A stretch of DNA of 64,000 nucleotides from Microcoleaceae cyanobacterium (GTDB taxonomy: Bacteria; Cyanobacteriota; Cyanobacteriia; Cyanobacteriales; Microcoleaceae): positions 96,001 to 160,000 of the forward strand of contig JBOFUV010000034.1 in the NCBI GenBank assembly GCA_051652765.1, read 5' to 3'. How positions within the stretch are numbered: position 1 is the first letter of the stretch; each line of letters begins with the position of its first letter. The position numbers were made by a program, and so were the translations under genes. Under the pieces are notes generated by a model. The model did not search any database. It had not been told where the DNA came from and was given only the letters and a program-made list of their open reading frames with translations. Below, piece after piece: positions 1-11,801 of the stretch.

Positions 1-8
1 GACAAGAA

Positions 9-3000
9 TTGCAAGAATATCAAGATATGGGAGCTAATAAGATACTGTTTATTGAAGCAAACCCTTCCATCTTTCAACGATTGAAAAGAAAAATCAGTGA
101 TTCTTCTAATGTTTTTGCAGTGAACTGTGCGGTTAGTAACCACAATGGAGAAACAATACTTCGTGTTAATGCCCATGATATGAGCAGCAGTATTTTACCT
201 CTGAAGCGTCACAAAGACATTTACCCAGGAATGCTGGAAGTTGAGCAAGTTACTGTCACATCGAGAAAACTCGACTCTCTGCTACTAGAAAATAAATTTG
301 ATCCTGCTGATTTTAATATCATTACCGTTGATATTCAAGGAGCTGAACTTCTGGCTTTTCAAGGTGCTACAGAAACTCTTCCCTATATTGAGGCTATCTG
401 TACAGAAGTTAATTATGAAGAACTCTATGAAGGATGCGCCTTAATTGATCAACTCGATCATTTTCTCGGACAATACGGATTTGAAAGAGTAGCAATTTCC
501 ATTCCGTCTCATCCTTCTTGGGGCGATGCTTTTTATGTCAAGAAATCATATTCTGACCTAAATGTTTCTCCTGTAAGAGTAAAATCTTTTTCATTATCTG
601 ATTCTCCTGATATCAAGATTATTACCAGTATTGCACCTGAGAATTTAGAAAAACAAAGAGTAGCGATATCGACTTGGAAAAAATTAGGATTTTCAGTTAT
701 TTCTTTGAATTCTGCTTTAGAAATTGAAAAATTAGAACCCCACTATGCTGATATTACATTGCAAATCGTTAGTCGAGATGCTCAAGCAGAAGTAGGCAAA
801 CCCTTAATTTATCTGGATGATATGTTTTGCTATTTTCAAGATCATCCTTCAAAAATCTGTGCTGTTGTTAACTCAGATATCCAGCTACAAGCAGATGAAA
901 ACTTTTCTAAATGGGTTTTAAAGGAAGCAGAAGATGCAATTATTTTTGGTTCCCGTATTGAAATTGAAACTCTGGAACAACGACAAGGAGAGTTGTATAA
1001 CAAGGGGTTCGATTTCTTCTTTTTTGATTCTAAGTATCTAAAAGATTTTCCGCCTTCTAAATTTTGCTTAGGCTTACCTTGGTGGGATTTTTATTTGCCT
1101 TTGATGGCTTTGCAACAGGGATGGACATTAAAACATCTGGTAACCCCAGTTGCTTATCATCTCAAACATTCTGTTAACTACAATAATCAGAATTGGCAAA
1201 AATATGGAATTGAGTTTACAAAATTTTTCAATATTCAGTTATCTCAATCTCTCCAACAACTCCAATTGACTCATTCAAATCAATTACAGAAACAGTTGAT
1301 TCAAGTAGCGAATCATTTTTTAGAAGAAGTTCATCAAAAATCAGTTCCTGTAGAATATCAAACAAAGATAATAGATACTCAATCAGTTTCAACTTGCCTT
1401 TCTCCATCTCTGTGGAAATCCCTAGAAATTCTCCCGATCAATTTTAATCTCAAGCGACCATTTTGGTCAGTGATGATTCCCACTTTTAATAAGGTTAAGT
1501 ATCTGGAACAGACCCTCAAAAGTGTTCTGAGTCAAGCACCTCATGAATGTGAAATGCAAATTGAAGTCGTGAACGATCATCCCGATCCAGCGATTCAGTC
1601 TGAACTAGAGAATATTGTGCAGAAAGTTGGCGCCGGAAGAATCAAGTTTTATCGTCATTCCTCGCAGGATATTGGTCAAACCGCCATTTTTAATCTGTGT
1701 TTGAATCGCGCTCAAGGACATTGGATTCACTTACTGCATGATGATGATTGGGTGTTGCCAGGATTTTATCAAGCGTTAGAACGGGTCATTTCCCAAGGGC
1801 CAAATGTTGGAGCTGCTTTTTGTCGTCACTACTATATTGATGAAAAAAATCGTCAACGTTCGGTTTCTTTTCTTGAACAAGAAACATCAGGAATCTTAGA
1901 AAATTGGTTAGAAAAAATTGCTATTTCTCAACGGATTCAACCTTCTGCAATTGTAGTGAAACGTAAGGTTTACGAACAACTAGGAGGGTTTAATCCTGAA
2001 GCTTCTTCTGCCGCCGATTGGGAAATGTGGAAGCGAATTTCAGTTCATTGCTCGATTGGGTACGAACCTCAACCCCTAGCTTGTTATCGTTTGCATTCCA
2101 TCTCCTGGACATCTCGCTTGATTCAAACCGGAGAAAATATTGCAGACACTCGCAAAGCCATTGAAATTTCTCAAGCTTACTTACCCTCAGAACAATCTGA
2201 ATTCCTATCACAACAGGCCAGGGAACATTATGCAATTTATGCTGTAAATACTGCAAAACAATTACTCGCTCAGGGAGAAGAAAAACCTGCAATCTCTCAA
2301 GTTCAAGAAGCTTTAAAATGTAGCCACTCTGCACAGGTAAAACAAGCAGTTATTCAACTTTTTGATAGGAGTGTAGAGCAAGAGGAAACTCATCGCCAAA
2401 AACCTGAACAGACTGCACTGAAGCAACCCGAAGTCTTAGAGCCTGCAATACTTTTGTCTGAAGTTTCTCGAAATACCGAACGATACCGTCAGGACGCGGG
2501 CAATGTTCAAGGAATTGAAAGGTTAAGACAATTGCGTCAGGCGATCGCCCAATTCTGGCTTAATACTCCTCTACAACATCTTCAACAAGCTTATGTTGCT
2601 GAAGTCGGTCAAGCTCATCAACTGCTATCAAATAGTGGATTAAAGAATGAACCCCTTACTAAAGCTGAACAAATCTCAGTTAATCAGTCATTAAGTTACC
2701 TGTCTCAAGGTATGAATCAAGCCAATGCCTTGCAACATTTATTGGCGGTGATATTGTACATATATCCTCATCAATTCCATTCACAGTGGTATCAGAAAGC
2801 TCCTATCCCAAAATGGTTTGTGCCGGATTATTTACAATTTATGCTATCTGCTCCTGACTTTTTCCAGAATGTTGGAGAAGTTCAGCAATATTATCAATAT
2901 TTTAAGAACTGGGTCGGCTATTTGCACGGTCGTATCTTTAGTGATCCAGACTCTAAAATCTGGCAGGAAATTGCCAATATTTTCTCAAAACGGGCTAACT

Positions 3001-5270
3001 TTATTCCCTTGTATTTTAATACTGAAAACTTGAAAGATCTCTATATTCAACGAGCTGATATTCTTCAACTCGCATTGAACAGCCAGGGATATTCCCCGGA
3101 ATATTCTTTTCCAGACAGATCTCAAGATCGTACTAAAATTCGTCTAGGAATTCTCAGTAGTCACTTCAATCCTCAGACTGAAACCTACGCAACCCTTCCT
3201 GTTTTTGAATATCTTGACCACAATCAGTTTGAAATTATCTTATATGCGTCTAATGTCAATGGCCACATTTTAGAACAATATTGTCAGAACTGTTCTGATC
3301 GATTAGTTAAGCTGCCTCAGAACTTATCAGAACAAGTGAAAACGATCCGAACTGATGATTTAGATATTCTTTTAATTGCCACCAATGTAACTGCTGTCAC
3401 CCATGGAATTACATTATTAGCTCTACATCGATTGGCTCGAATTCAGGTTGCTTCAACGCCATCCTGTGTGACGACTGGAATAAAAAATATTGACTACTAT
3501 ATTTCTGGCAATTTAACAGAACCTCCAGAAATTGCCCCAAGTCAATATCGAGAGCAGTTACTAACTCTTGCAGGGCCAGCTCATTGCTTTAGTTTTGCTC
3601 AGATTGATGAGTTGGCAAAGGTCAATCCTCAGCGTTCCGATTTAGGAATTAATCAACAAACCATTGTGTTCATTTCTGGAGCAAACTTCTATAAAATCAT
3701 TCCAGAACTGCGAGAAACCTGGGCGAAGATCCTGGCTCAAGTACCCAATTCAAGGTTGGTTTTATATCCTTTCAATCCAAACTGGACATCAAGATATGCA
3801 AAAGTTCCTTTTATTAAAAACTTAAACCAAGCATTTGCCAAGCATGGAATTGAACAGAGTCGATTAATTATACTTGATACTCAATCGAGCCGTGCTGACA
3901 TCAAAGAATATTTAAAATTAGCGGATGTCTATTTAGACTCTTTCCCTTTTTCTGGAGTGACTTCCCTAGTTGACCCCTTAGAAATTGGGTTAGTTCCGGT
4001 TACAAAAGATGGTCACTCATTTCGATCCTCCATGGGCGCTGCATTGTTGCGATCGCTCTCCCTTCCTGAATTGATTACTGATACTGAAGAAAGTTATATT
4101 CAGCTTGCGATTCAACTCGCAAAAGATCAACAAAAACGGGATCAATTTCAGGAAGAAATTCGGCAAAAGATGGGGAGAAATCCAAGTTTTCTGGATAGCC
4201 GAGCTTATTCTGAAAAGATAGGAGTTGCTTTTAGAACCCTTTTTCAGACCTGGCAGCAGAATCACAAACGCTCTACTTCATTCGCTTTAAATACCCCTGG
4301 AGAATGGCAAAGTTTCTTGACAGAATTAGTTAATGCTGTCAACCTCTATGATTTAGATAATTCCCAGCAAACCGTCGTTGATCAGTTACGTCAGTTACGG
4401 AGAGCTATGGCTGATTTCTGGTTAAGAATTCCAACTCAACAGCTAGAACTCTTTTACCAAAGAGATATGGGGAAAGGATATCAAATTTTGCTCAACCGAG
4501 GGATTCAAAGGGAATCATTAGCAGATGTAGAAAGCCAGTTTGTCGATCAACTAACACGGATTGCTACAGGGTTACTGCAGCCCAATTCCTTGAACTGTTT
4601 GATGGCAGCAATGCTTTATTATGTTCCGGGAAAAATGTTGGTGCGGGATGCAGAGAAACGTTTGCCTTCATGGTTATTAACAGATTATCAAAAAGTATTT
4701 GAAAGTCAATCTATTGTACAGGGAATTCAACAGCAAGAGATCCAAAAAACTTCAACTCAATTTTCACAGTCTGAGACTAGGGCTGAAACAATTGCTGAAA
4801 CCATAACTGATTCTTCCACTCCGAAAGTCCAAGTGCTGAAAGGCTCAAAGCCAACTGCCCAGGCGTTTTATAACCGTTTGGCTGGATGCCTGAACTTGTA
4901 TGATATTGATCCGTCAGAACAGTCTGTCCTTCAGGATTTACGTCATCTACGACACAGACTAGCAGAATTCTGGGTCAATGCTGCGGAAAGTGAATTGGAA
5001 TCCCTCTACTATGGAATTGTCGGAGAAGAACAGCAACTTCTACTCAAAAGTCAATTGATTCAAGAACCTTTAACTGAGGTGGAACAGAAATTTTTACAAC
5101 AACTTGTCCGTCAGTTAAATCAAGGGCTAAATACACCAAGATCAATCAATTCTTTACTTGCAGTTATGTTGTATTGTCACCCAAAACAGTTAAATATCCA
5201 GGATATTAAACAATTACCAATTTGGTTGCAAACAAGTTATCAACAGTTCACAAATCAAGTTGAGAATTAA
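9..5270 (+). CDS. Multidomain protein: FkbM-family methyltransferase + glycosyltransferase-like domain + GT2 + O-GlcNAc-transferase (GT41/SPINDLY-like) catalytic region; probably starts upstream of the window
   Basis: FIEANP / DIQGAEL (FkbM); WSVMIPTFN, LLHDDD, ADWEMW (GT2); IRTDDLDIL, RLARIQ, TTGIKNIDYYIS, ADVYLDSFPFSG (GT41). Frame is open to the window edge. Confidence 0.8.
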   Translation: MQEYQDMGANKILFIEANPSIFQRLKRKISDSSNVFAVNCAVSNHNGETILRVNAHDMSSSILPLKRHKDIYPGMLEVEQVTVTSRKLDSLLLENKFDPADFNIITVDIQGAELLAFQGATETLPYIEAICTEVNYEELYEGCALIDQLDHFLGQYGFERVAISIPSHPSWGDAFYVKKSYSDLNVSPVRVKSFSLSDSPDIKIITSIAPENLEKQRVAISTWKKLGFSVISLNSALEIEKLEPHYADITLQIVSRDAQAEVGKPLIYLDDMFCYFQDHPSKICAVVNSDIQLQADENFSKWVLKEAEDAIIFGSRIEIETLEQRQGELYNKGFDFFFFDSKYLKDFPPSKFCLGLPWWDFYLPLMALQQGWTLKHLVTPVAYHLKHSVNYNNQNWQKYGIEFTKFFNIQLSQSLQQLQLTHSNQLQKQLIQVANHFLEEVHQKSVPVEYQTKIIDTQSVSTCLSPSLWKSLEILPINFNLKRPFWSVMIPTFNKVKYLEQTLKSVLSQAPHECEMQIEVVNDHPDPAIQSELENIVQKVGAGRIKFYRHSSQDIGQTAIFNLCLNRAQGHWIHLLHDDDWVLPGFYQALERVISQGPNVGAAFCRHYYIDEKNRQRSVSFLEQETSGILENWLEKIAISQRIQPSAIVVKRKVYEQLGGFNPEASSAADWEMWKRISVHCSIGYEPQPLACYRLHSISWTSRLIQTGENIADTRKAIEISQAYLPSEQSEFLSQQAREHYAIYAVNTAKQLLAQGEEKPAISQVQEALKCSHSAQVKQAVIQLFDRSVEQEETHRQKPEQTALKQPEVLEPAILLSEVSRNTERYRQDAGNVQGIERLRQLRQAIAQFWLNTPLQHLQQAYVAEVGQAHQLLSNSGLKNEPLTKAEQISVNQSLSYLSQGMNQANALQHLLAVILYIYPHQFHSQWYQKAPIPKWFVPDYLQFMLSAPDFFQNVGEVQQYYQYFKNWVGYLHGRIFSDPDSKIWQEIANIFSKRANFIPLYFNTENLKDLYIQRADILQLALNSQGYSPEYSFPDRSQDRTKIRLGILSSHFNPQTETYATLPVFEYLDHNQFEIILYASNVNGHILEQYCQNCSDRLVKLPQNLSEQVKTIRTDDLDILLIATNVTAVTHGITLLALHRLARIQVASTPSCVTTGIKNIDYYISGNLTEPPEIAPSQYREQLLTLAGPAHCFSFAQIDELAKVNPQRSDLGINQQTIVFISGANFYKIIPELRETWAKILAQVPNSRLVLYPFNPNWTSRYAKVPFIKNLNQAFAKHGIEQSRLIILDTQSSRADIKEYLKLADVYLDSFPFSGVTSLVDPLEIGLVPVTKDGHSFRSSMGAALLRSLSLPELITDTEESYIQLAIQLAKDQQKRDQFQEEIRQKMGRNPSFLDSRAYSEKIGVAFRTLFQTWQQNHKRSTSFALNTPGEWQSFLTELVNAVNLYDLDNSQQTVVDQLRQLRRAMADFWLRIPTQQLELFYQRDMGKGYQILLNRGIQRESLADVESQFVDQLTRIATGLLQPNSLNCLMAAMLYYVPGKMLVRDAEKRLPSWLLTDYQKVFESQSIVQGIQQQEIQKTSTQFSQSETRAETIAETITDSSTPKVQVLKGSKPTAQAFYNRLAGCLNLYDIDPSEQSVLQDLRHLRHRLAEFWVNAAESELESLYYGIVGEEQQLLLKSQLIQEPLTEVEQKFLQQLVRQLNQGLNTPRSINSLLAVMLYCHPKQLNIQDIKQLPIWLQTSYQQFTNQVEN

Positions 5271-5288
5271 CTCGCCTTAATTGCACTT

Positions 5289-5903
5289 CTATAGTGACCA
5301 GATTGTATTCAAGTCCAAACTGAATCCCGGTAATACTGGATCACCACTCATTGTCACTGGTTTTTCTAAACATTCAACCTCAACTTCAGGACGGTAGACA
5401 TACACTTCTTTTTGGACTGGATCGATGAGCCAGCCTAATTTTGTCCCGTTTTTAATATACTCTTGCATTTTCTCTTGCAACACTTTTAAGCGATCGCTTG
5501 GCGACCTTAACTCCACTACAAAATCTGGACAAATTGGGGCAAACTTCTGGCGTTGTTCTGGGGGAATTTTTTCCCAGCGGGACTTTTCAATCCAGGCTGC
5601 ATCGGGCGATCGCACTGAACCATCAGGGAGAGTAAATCCACCGCTAGAACCAAATCCGATTCCAGTGCCATCTTGCTTTGCCCACATCCACAACTGCCCA
5701 ATCAAATCAAAGTTGCGTTCTTCAGTTTCTGAGCCTGTGGGTGACATAATAGCAATTTCTCCGATTCCAGTGCGTTCAATCCTGAGTTCACGGTTAATTT
5801 GACAAAACTCAAAAAATTGATCATTTGTCATTTCAATCACAGGATGAAAGTTGACCATTAAGGGCAGAATTTCTGCTGAGATGATCAGGGGGGTTGTCAT
5901 CAC
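5289..5903 (-). CDS. Uma2 family endonuclease (DUF820)
   Basis: RSPDAAWI, PICPDFVVELRSPSD, LGWLIDP, DPVLPGFSLDL. Confidence 0.92.
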   Translation of the reverse strand: MMTTPLIISAEILPLMVNFHPVIEMTNDQFFEFCQINRELRIERTGIGEIAIMSPTGSETEERNFDLIGQLWMWAKQDGTGIGFGSSGGFTLPDGSVRSPDAAWIEKSRWEKIPPEQRQKFAPICPDFVVELRSPSDRLKVLQEKMQEYIKNGTKLGWLIDPVQKEVYVYRPEVEVECLEKPVTMSGDPVLPGFSLDLNTIWSL

Positions 5904-5964
5904 AAAGTTACCTGAGATAATACCTGAAAAATCGTTTTTATCTTCATGATCGATCCTGCCAAAA

Positions 5965-7566
5965 CTACCATCCTAAACGCCGTTTACTGCCCTTTGGCAA
6001 GATTGTCCGCCAGTTGATTTTAGCAACAGCCAATTGTTGATCGGAGACCATCGCATCGGTTAAGTTGGCCCCACACAAATTGGCTCCGCGCAAGTTAGCA
6101 TTACTCAGGCTAACTCCGGTTAAATTGGCCCCTCTCAGATCTGCCTCTTCCAAATTCGCCAAACTCAGCCTAGCGTTGGTCAAGTTGGCATCCCGCAATA
6201 TCGCATGGCTCAGGGTTGCCCGACCAAAATCTACCCCCGAGAGGTCAGCCTGTTGTAAATTCGTTCTAACCAGACGCGACTCAGAAAAGTAGGCTCCAGC
6301 TAGTTTTTCTGACTGCAAGTTCCAACCACTCAAATCACAGTCTGTAAAGTAACGCTCTCCTTTGAGATAAGCCATCTTCAGGCTGGCCTCATCCCAACGA
6401 CCTGAACTAATGGAGGTCGGCGGAGCCAAAGCCGAAGGAGCCCCTTGAGATGAACTCAACCCTGCCGGGGATGAAGGCAGGGGCGGAGACTGACGACGAG
6501 TATTGCGTTGCCGGATTTGCTCAGCCTCCTTGGCATAGGGGCGCAAATGCAACGTGGCATCTTCCTCATGCACTGGCACAGCCTGAACCGGTTCTACTGC
6601 TGAGGGAAAATCAAGTTCTATAACCGTTGTGTGAGGGTCTAGTGTTGTGACTGCTGATGGGAGAAGATAAACCTCCTGGGTTAAAGCCTCCAACATTTCT
6701 TGGGCTGAAGCATAGCGATTGCCCACGAACATCTCTAGGGACTTTTGTAAAATCTGAGCAAAGGCATCACTCACACCAACCAGCGATCGCCACTGAACGA
6801 CTCCAGTGGTCGGATCATGCTCCAGAACATTAGGGGATTTGCCTGTTAACAAGTAAATACAGGTCATGCCCAAGGCGTAAATGTCACTGGCATAGACCGG
6901 TCTCAGGGCCATTTGCTCTGGGGGGGCAAACCCGGAGGTACCGATTGCAAAGTTAGTAAACGCGGTCTCCCCTGAACTGGCTTGGGTCACCTGATGGACT
7001 TGATCCTTGACGGCCCCAAAATCAATCAGCACCAACTGATGATCTTGCTGCCGTCGTAAAATATTAGCGGGTTTAATATCCCGATGAATCACCTCTTGAG
7101 AGTGAACATAGCTCAAAACAGGGAGAATCTCCTGCAAAAATTCCCGAGCCTGTTGCTCAGTGTAGGGGCCAGACTGTTGAACATCCTGTTTCAGATTGAC
7201 CCCATCGACAAACTCTTGAACCAGGTAAAATTGATGCTTGCCCGCAAAGTAATCGAGTAATCGCGGAATCTGAGGGTGATCTCCAATCTTGCCTAAGGTC
7301 TTAGCTTCCCGCTGAAATAATTCCCGCGCCATCTCTAACATCCGTTTCGACTGACTAGACGGACGAAGCTGCTTGACCACACACTTTGGATTACCGGGCA
7401 GGGACAAGTCTGTTGCGAGAAACGTTGCCCCAAACCCCCCTCTGCCCAGGGATTTAACAATTCGATAGCGATTCCGCAGCACTAACCTCGAACCACAAGC
7501 TTGACACTGTGAAGCATCCTCTGGATTTTCAGGATGGGAACATGCTGGGTTAAGACAATAGGTCAT
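5965..7566 (-). CDS. Ser/Thr protein kinase with C-terminal pentapeptide repeats (SpkB-like)
   Basis: N-terminal CLNPxC zinc ribbon, GRGGFG, HRDIKPAN, DFG, A(D/N)Lxx repeats. Confidence 0.9.
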   Translation of the reverse strand: MTYCLNPACSHPENPEDASQCQACGSRLVLRNRYRIVKSLGRGGFGATFLATDLSLPGNPKCVVKQLRPSSQSKRMLEMARELFQREAKTLGKIGDHPQIPRLLDYFAGKHQFYLVQEFVDGVNLKQDVQQSGPYTEQQAREFLQEILPVLSYVHSQEVIHRDIKPANILRRQQDHQLVLIDFGAVKDQVHQVTQASSGETAFTNFAIGTSGFAPPEQMALRPVYASDIYALGMTCIYLLTGKSPNVLEHDPTTGVVQWRSLVGVSDAFAQILQKSLEMFVGNRYASAQEMLEALTQEVYLLPSAVTTLDPHTTVIELDFPSAVEPVQAVPVHEEDATLHLRPYAKEAEQIRQRNTRRQSPPLPSSPAGLSSSQGAPSALAPPTSISSGRWDEASLKMAYLKGERYFTDCDLSGWNLQSEKLAGAYFSESRLVRTNLQQADLSGVDFGRATLSHAILRDANLTNARLSLANLEEADLRGANLTGVSLSNANLRGANLCGANLTDAMVSDQQLAVAKINWRTILPKGSKRRLGW

Positions 7567-8168
7567 AGTGCTTGAGAATGCTCTAAAAGTCAGTTTACTA
7601 AAAACCTGTCAGGCGCTGACGCTCACAAAACCAACCCGGAGTTGGCCTTGTTAATTCCTAAATGATTGATCCAGACAGTGAGTCTAGATTAGTCATCTAG
7701 ATCAGTGATCCAGATTGATTCTGTAGGCAACTGTTTTGCTGATCATTTCTGAATACGAATCGATCCATCCTCCCCTATCTCTATTATTCACAAATTCATC
7801 TCGGTTTTTTACTAGAACCCTCCTCAGGTTTATGAATCAAACCATAAAGGATAGTTTTCCGGCTGGCTGAGTTAGGCAAGATGCCTAACCGACAGAATCT
7901 TAGGGGTTATTTAATGCTGATCCCTAAGTTCTAATCATCCGTTCTGATCGTCTTCTTAAAGTTGGCGCTACAGTTCTCCATAGTGTGTGGTCTTTGTTGT
8001 ATCGTCCCTGGGTATAAAGTCTGGTTTTGCAGGTGACCAAAGCCTCTAGAATAGATAGAGTCATCCACGCCTGCCTGAAGACTTTAACTCAGACGTTAAT
8101 CTAGACCTGAATCTAGACGTTTTGCCATTGACCTAGTACTTTCTGATTATAGAAAACTTGACAAGCGA

Positions 8169-10646
8169 ATGCGTATTTCTCTCAACTGGCTCCGAGAACT
8201 TGTTGACCTCCATCTAACTCCGGAACAACTGGCAGAAACCCTGACTGTAGCGGGCTTTGAAGTTGAGGAGATTGAAGATCGCAGAACCTGGGCAGATGGG
8301 GTTGTGCTGGGTAAAATCCTAGAGACTGAAAAACATCCCAACGCTGACAAACTTAAGGTTTGTCAAGTGGATATTGGGGCAACTGCACCCTTGAATATTG
8401 TCTGCGGCGCTGCCAACGCCAAAGTTGGGATGGTGGTTCCCGTGGCCACAATCGGCACCCATCTGCCGATTGTGGATTTGACCCTGAAAAAGAGTAAATT
8501 GCGGGGGGTTCCTTCAGAAGGAATGATCTGTTCCCTCGCGGAACTGGGCTTGGAAAAGGACTCCTCTGGGATTCATGGCTTTAATCTGGCCAACCCTGAA
8601 CTCGGCAGCGATGTCCGACCGTTGTTGGGTCTAGACGATGTCATTTTAGACTTGACTGCTACAGCAAACCGGGCTGATGGCCTAAGCATGGTGGGCATTG
8701 CCAGGGAAGTTGCCGCCCTGACAGGAGCACCGTTGAGAATTCCTGAAGTCAACAACATTTCAATTCCAGAGGCATCCGGCGCTGAGTCTTCGGCTATTCT
8801 AACCGTGGCGATCGCCGATCCCTTACCGTGCCCGATCTACATCGGTACAGTGATAACTGGGATTACAATTGCCCCCTCCCCAGATTGGTTACAACGACGA
8901 TTGCAAGCCGCAGGAGTCCGACCCATCAACAATGTTGTCGATGTCACCAACTACATAATGTTGGAATGGGGCCAACCTTTGCATGGGTTTGATTGCGATC
9001 GCCTCCAACACGTTACAGGTTCTCAGGCGTTGACCTTTGGGGTACATTTGGCTCAATCCGGCGAGTCTTTGAAAACCCTAGATGGTCAAACCCGCCAACT
9101 TCAGCCTGAAACCCTTTTAATCACAGCAAATGATCAGCCTGTTGCCTTGGCCGGAGTCATAGGCGGTGAGGACACAGAAGTTCACCAAGGCACTCAGAAT
9201 TTGATCTTGGAAGCGGCAATTTTTAACCCCGTGTTCATTCGTAGATCGGCCCGTAGTCAGGGCATTCGCACCGAAGCCTCGACTCGATACGAACGGGGCG
9301 TGAATCCGATAGAGTTGCCCCTAGCCTGTCGGCGAGCGGTTCAACTGATCACTGAATTAACTGGAGGAACCGCCATTGTCCAAGCCTCGGCCAGCAGTTT
9401 GGCCAGTGAACCGACAGCCTCTCCAGTCTCCCTCAGGCTCCACCGAGTCAATGAAATCCTAGGCCCCCTCAAGCGAGGTGAAGTAACCTCAGGACAATCC
9501 TCCCTCCAGCCCGAAGAAATTGAGAAAATTTTAACGGCTTTGGGATGTCGGTTAGTGCGAGCAGATAAAGCGGGTTCGGTTGTGTGGGCTGTTACCGTGC
9601 CTCCCTATCGGGCTAAAGACCTAGAGCGGGAAATTGACTTGATTGAGGAAGTGGCTCGGCTCTACGGCTACGACAACTTCTGTGATACCCTCCCCAGCAA
9701 AAATTTACCGGGTTACCTGCCCCTAGACCAACAAGCCCTCCGTCAATTGCGGGCGGTATTCCGGGCTGAAGGGTTAACCGAGTTGATGCACTATTCCCTG
9801 GTCAAAACTGAAGGGCAACATCAAGTCACCCTATCCAATCCCCTGTTTGTGGAGTATTCTGCCCTGCGAACTGAGATGTTTTCTGGGTTGATCGATGCCT
9901 TTGTCTACAATCTAGAAAATGGCAATGGTGCGTTAAATGGCTTTGAAATTGGTCGAATTTTTTCAAAGACTGCGGACAAGACTGCAGATCAATTCACAGA
10001 ACAAGAGGTAATCGCCGGAATTCTGGGGGGGGATGTCACTCAGGGTCGCTGGGTGAGGGGAGGACAGCCCCAGCCCATGACCTGGTATGAAGCAAAAGGA
10101 ATTCTAGAAGGCATCTTTCGTCAATTGAACCTCACCGTTGATTGCAGACCAGATAGCACTGTTCCTCAACTCCATCCAGGACGAACGGCTGGTCTTTGGC
10201 AAGGAGACACCTATCTGGGAGTCTTGGGTCAACTGCACCCCCAGTTGAGGCAACAGCGAGAGCTACCAGATGACGTGTATGCCTTCAGTTTGAACCTGCC
10301 GGTGCTAATTGCAGCCGTGACCCAGATGGAAAATCGGGTGCGGCAATTTCAAGGGTTCTCTCTCCTACCGCCTTCAGACCGAGATATTGCCTTCTTTGTG
10401 CCGTTGGAAGCTCCCGTTGCCGAGATTTTACGCACCATCCAACAGGCTGGAGGAGCGTTGCTGGAGTCTGTAGAATTGTTTGATGACTATCGCGGTCAGG
10501 GGGTTCCTGAAGATCAGCGGAGTTTGGCCTTCCGACTGGTCTATCGGGCAGGCGATCGCACCTTAACCGATGAAGATATTGAACCCTTCCAGCAAAAAGT
10601 GCGGAAATCTCTCGTGGAGCAGTTTAATGCTTGCCTCAGAAGTTAA
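8169..10646 (+). CDS. pheT: Phenylalanine--tRNA ligase beta subunit
   Basis: [43 protein letters not shown]-terminal FDX-ACB domain. Confidence 0.97.
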   Translation: MRISLNWLRELVDLHLTPEQLAETLTVAGFEVEEIEDRRTWADGVVLGKILETEKHPNADKLKVCQVDIGATAPLNIVCGAANAKVGMVVPVATIGTHLPIVDLTLKKSKLRGVPSEGMICSLAELGLEKDSSGIHGFNLANPELGSDVRPLLGLDDVILDLTATANRADGLSMVGIAREVAALTGAPLRIPEVNNISIPEASGAESSAILTVAIADPLPCPIYIGTVITGITIAPSPDWLQRRLQAAGVRPINNVVDVTNYIMLEWGQPLHGFDCDRLQHVTGSQALTFGVHLAQSGESLKTLDGQTRQLQPETLLITANDQPVALAGVIGGEDTEVHQGTQNLILEAAIFNPVFIRRSARSQGIRTEASTRYERGVNPIELPLACRRAVQLITELTGGTAIVQASASSLASEPTASPVSLRLHRVNEILGPLKRGEVTSGQSSLQPEEIEKILTALGCRLVRADKAGSVVWAVTVPPYRAKDLEREIDLIEEVARLYGYDNFCDTLPSKNLPGYLPLDQQALRQLRAVFRAEGLTELMHYSLVKTEGQHQVTLSNPLFVEYSALRTEMFSGLIDAFVYNLENGNGALNGFEIGRIFSKTADKTADQFTEQEVIAGILGGDVTQGRWVRGGQPQPMTWYEAKGILEGIFRQLNLTVDCRPDSTVPQLHPGRTAGLWQGDTYLGVLGQLHPQLRQQRELPDDVYAFSLNLPVLIAAVTQMENRVRQFQGFSLLPPSDRDIAFFVPLEAPVAEILRTIQQAGGALLESVELFDDYRGQGVPEDQRSLAFRLVYRAGDRTLTDEDIEPFQQKVRKSLVEQFNACLRS

Positions 10647-10722
10647 GGTTTTTCAGTCGCTTTCTTCGGAGTGACTAGACATCAACCACTAAAAACTATT
10701 CACTCAGAACCAACGATAAACT

Positions 10723-10992
10723 ATGCCAAAGTACGTCATGTTTGGAACTTACTGTGAGAACGTTTTAGAAAAGCGTGAACCTTATCGCCAAGCTCACCTG
10801 GCAGGGTTGCAACAACAGAAAGACGCAGGCGTTTTGATTACCCTTGGCCCAACTAAAGATGTCACTAAAGTCTTTGGCCTTTATGAAGCCGAGGATGAAG
10901 CAACCGTTAGGGAACTTGTTGAGGCTGATCCTTACTGGCAACACCGGGTCTGGACAGATTATGAAGTCAAGGAGTGGATTCAAGCCTTCTGA
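10723..10992 (+). CDS. YciI family protein
   Basis: REPYRQAHL, GPT, DPYW motifs; 89 aa. Confidence 0.85.
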   Translation: MPKYVMFGTYCENVLEKREPYRQAHLAGLQQQKDAGVLITLGPTKDVTKVFGLYEAEDEATVRELVEADPYWQHRVWTDYEVKEWIQAF

Positions 10993-11744
10993 GGATGATG
11001 GTTTTGCAGGTGGGCCTGAATAGCGGCTTCCTCAGTTGTTGAGAGGGGCTGAACTACAAATTCAGCCTGAAAACAACGACTTGCAGCGGTTGTGAGGACA
11101 TTAACCAAGTGCTGCATAAAGTCGGGTTGGGCAATTAGATCCGCAACTGATGGCGGTGGACTAGCTAATTCCTCACCAAAAACCTGTGAATATAGCCCAG
11201 GATCAGGAAATAGACGGATAGAACCCTGCTGCAAAATGCTGCGATCGCGTTTTAGTTGGGCACTGCCAATCAGTTTATAACCGTTGGTTAGCACTAAGTC
11301 AGCTCCAGTTGCAAGGCTGAAGCAGTTTGCTTTTCTCGAATAGTCCCAACCTGCCGAACCGTAATCGAGAAGCACATCCAAGGATTGCCAACCCTCAATC
11401 AAAAACTGACAAATCGCTGCATAGGTTTTGAGTCGAGGGCCAGGTAATGTGGGGGCAATCACTGCATACGTTAAGTCTCCTTGATGCAACACAGCCCTGC
11501 CCCCCGTCGGTCGCCGTACCAAGTTAATCGCTTTGTCTTGCCAAGTCAGTTTCTGCCAAAAATCAGGCCATCGTTGCTGATGATAGCCCAAAGAAATTGC
11601 AGTCGGTTCCCAGGTGTAGAATCTGAGAACGGCGGGAGACTTTCCCAGTTTATGCTGCTCTAGGAGCCACTCATCGATTGCCATCTGAATGAAACCGTTG
11701 GCCTTGAGCAGAGGAATCAAGCGCCAATTGGAATCAGCAACCAT
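10980..11744 (-). CDS. Lipoate--protein ligase family protein
   Basis: MAIDEWLL, LRFYTW, VRRPTGGRAVLH, KLIGSAQ. Confidence 0.9.
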   Translation of the reverse strand: MVADSNWRLIPLLKANGFIQMAIDEWLLEQHKLGKSPAVLRFYTWEPTAISLGYHQQRWPDFWQKLTWQDKAINLVRRPTGGRAVLHQGDLTYAVIAPTLPGPRLKTYAAICQFLIEGWQSLDVLLDYGSAGWDYSRKANCFSLATGADLVLTNGYKLIGSAQLKRDRSILQQGSIRLFPDPGLYSQVFGEELASPPPSVADLIAQPDFMQHLVNVLTTAASRCFQAEFVVQPLSTTEEAAIQAHLQNHHPQKA

Positions 11745-11801
11745 TGAAATGTGCTCAAAAACGCTAATTCAACTCATTCAAAACTGTTTAAGTTCAGTGA
11801 C

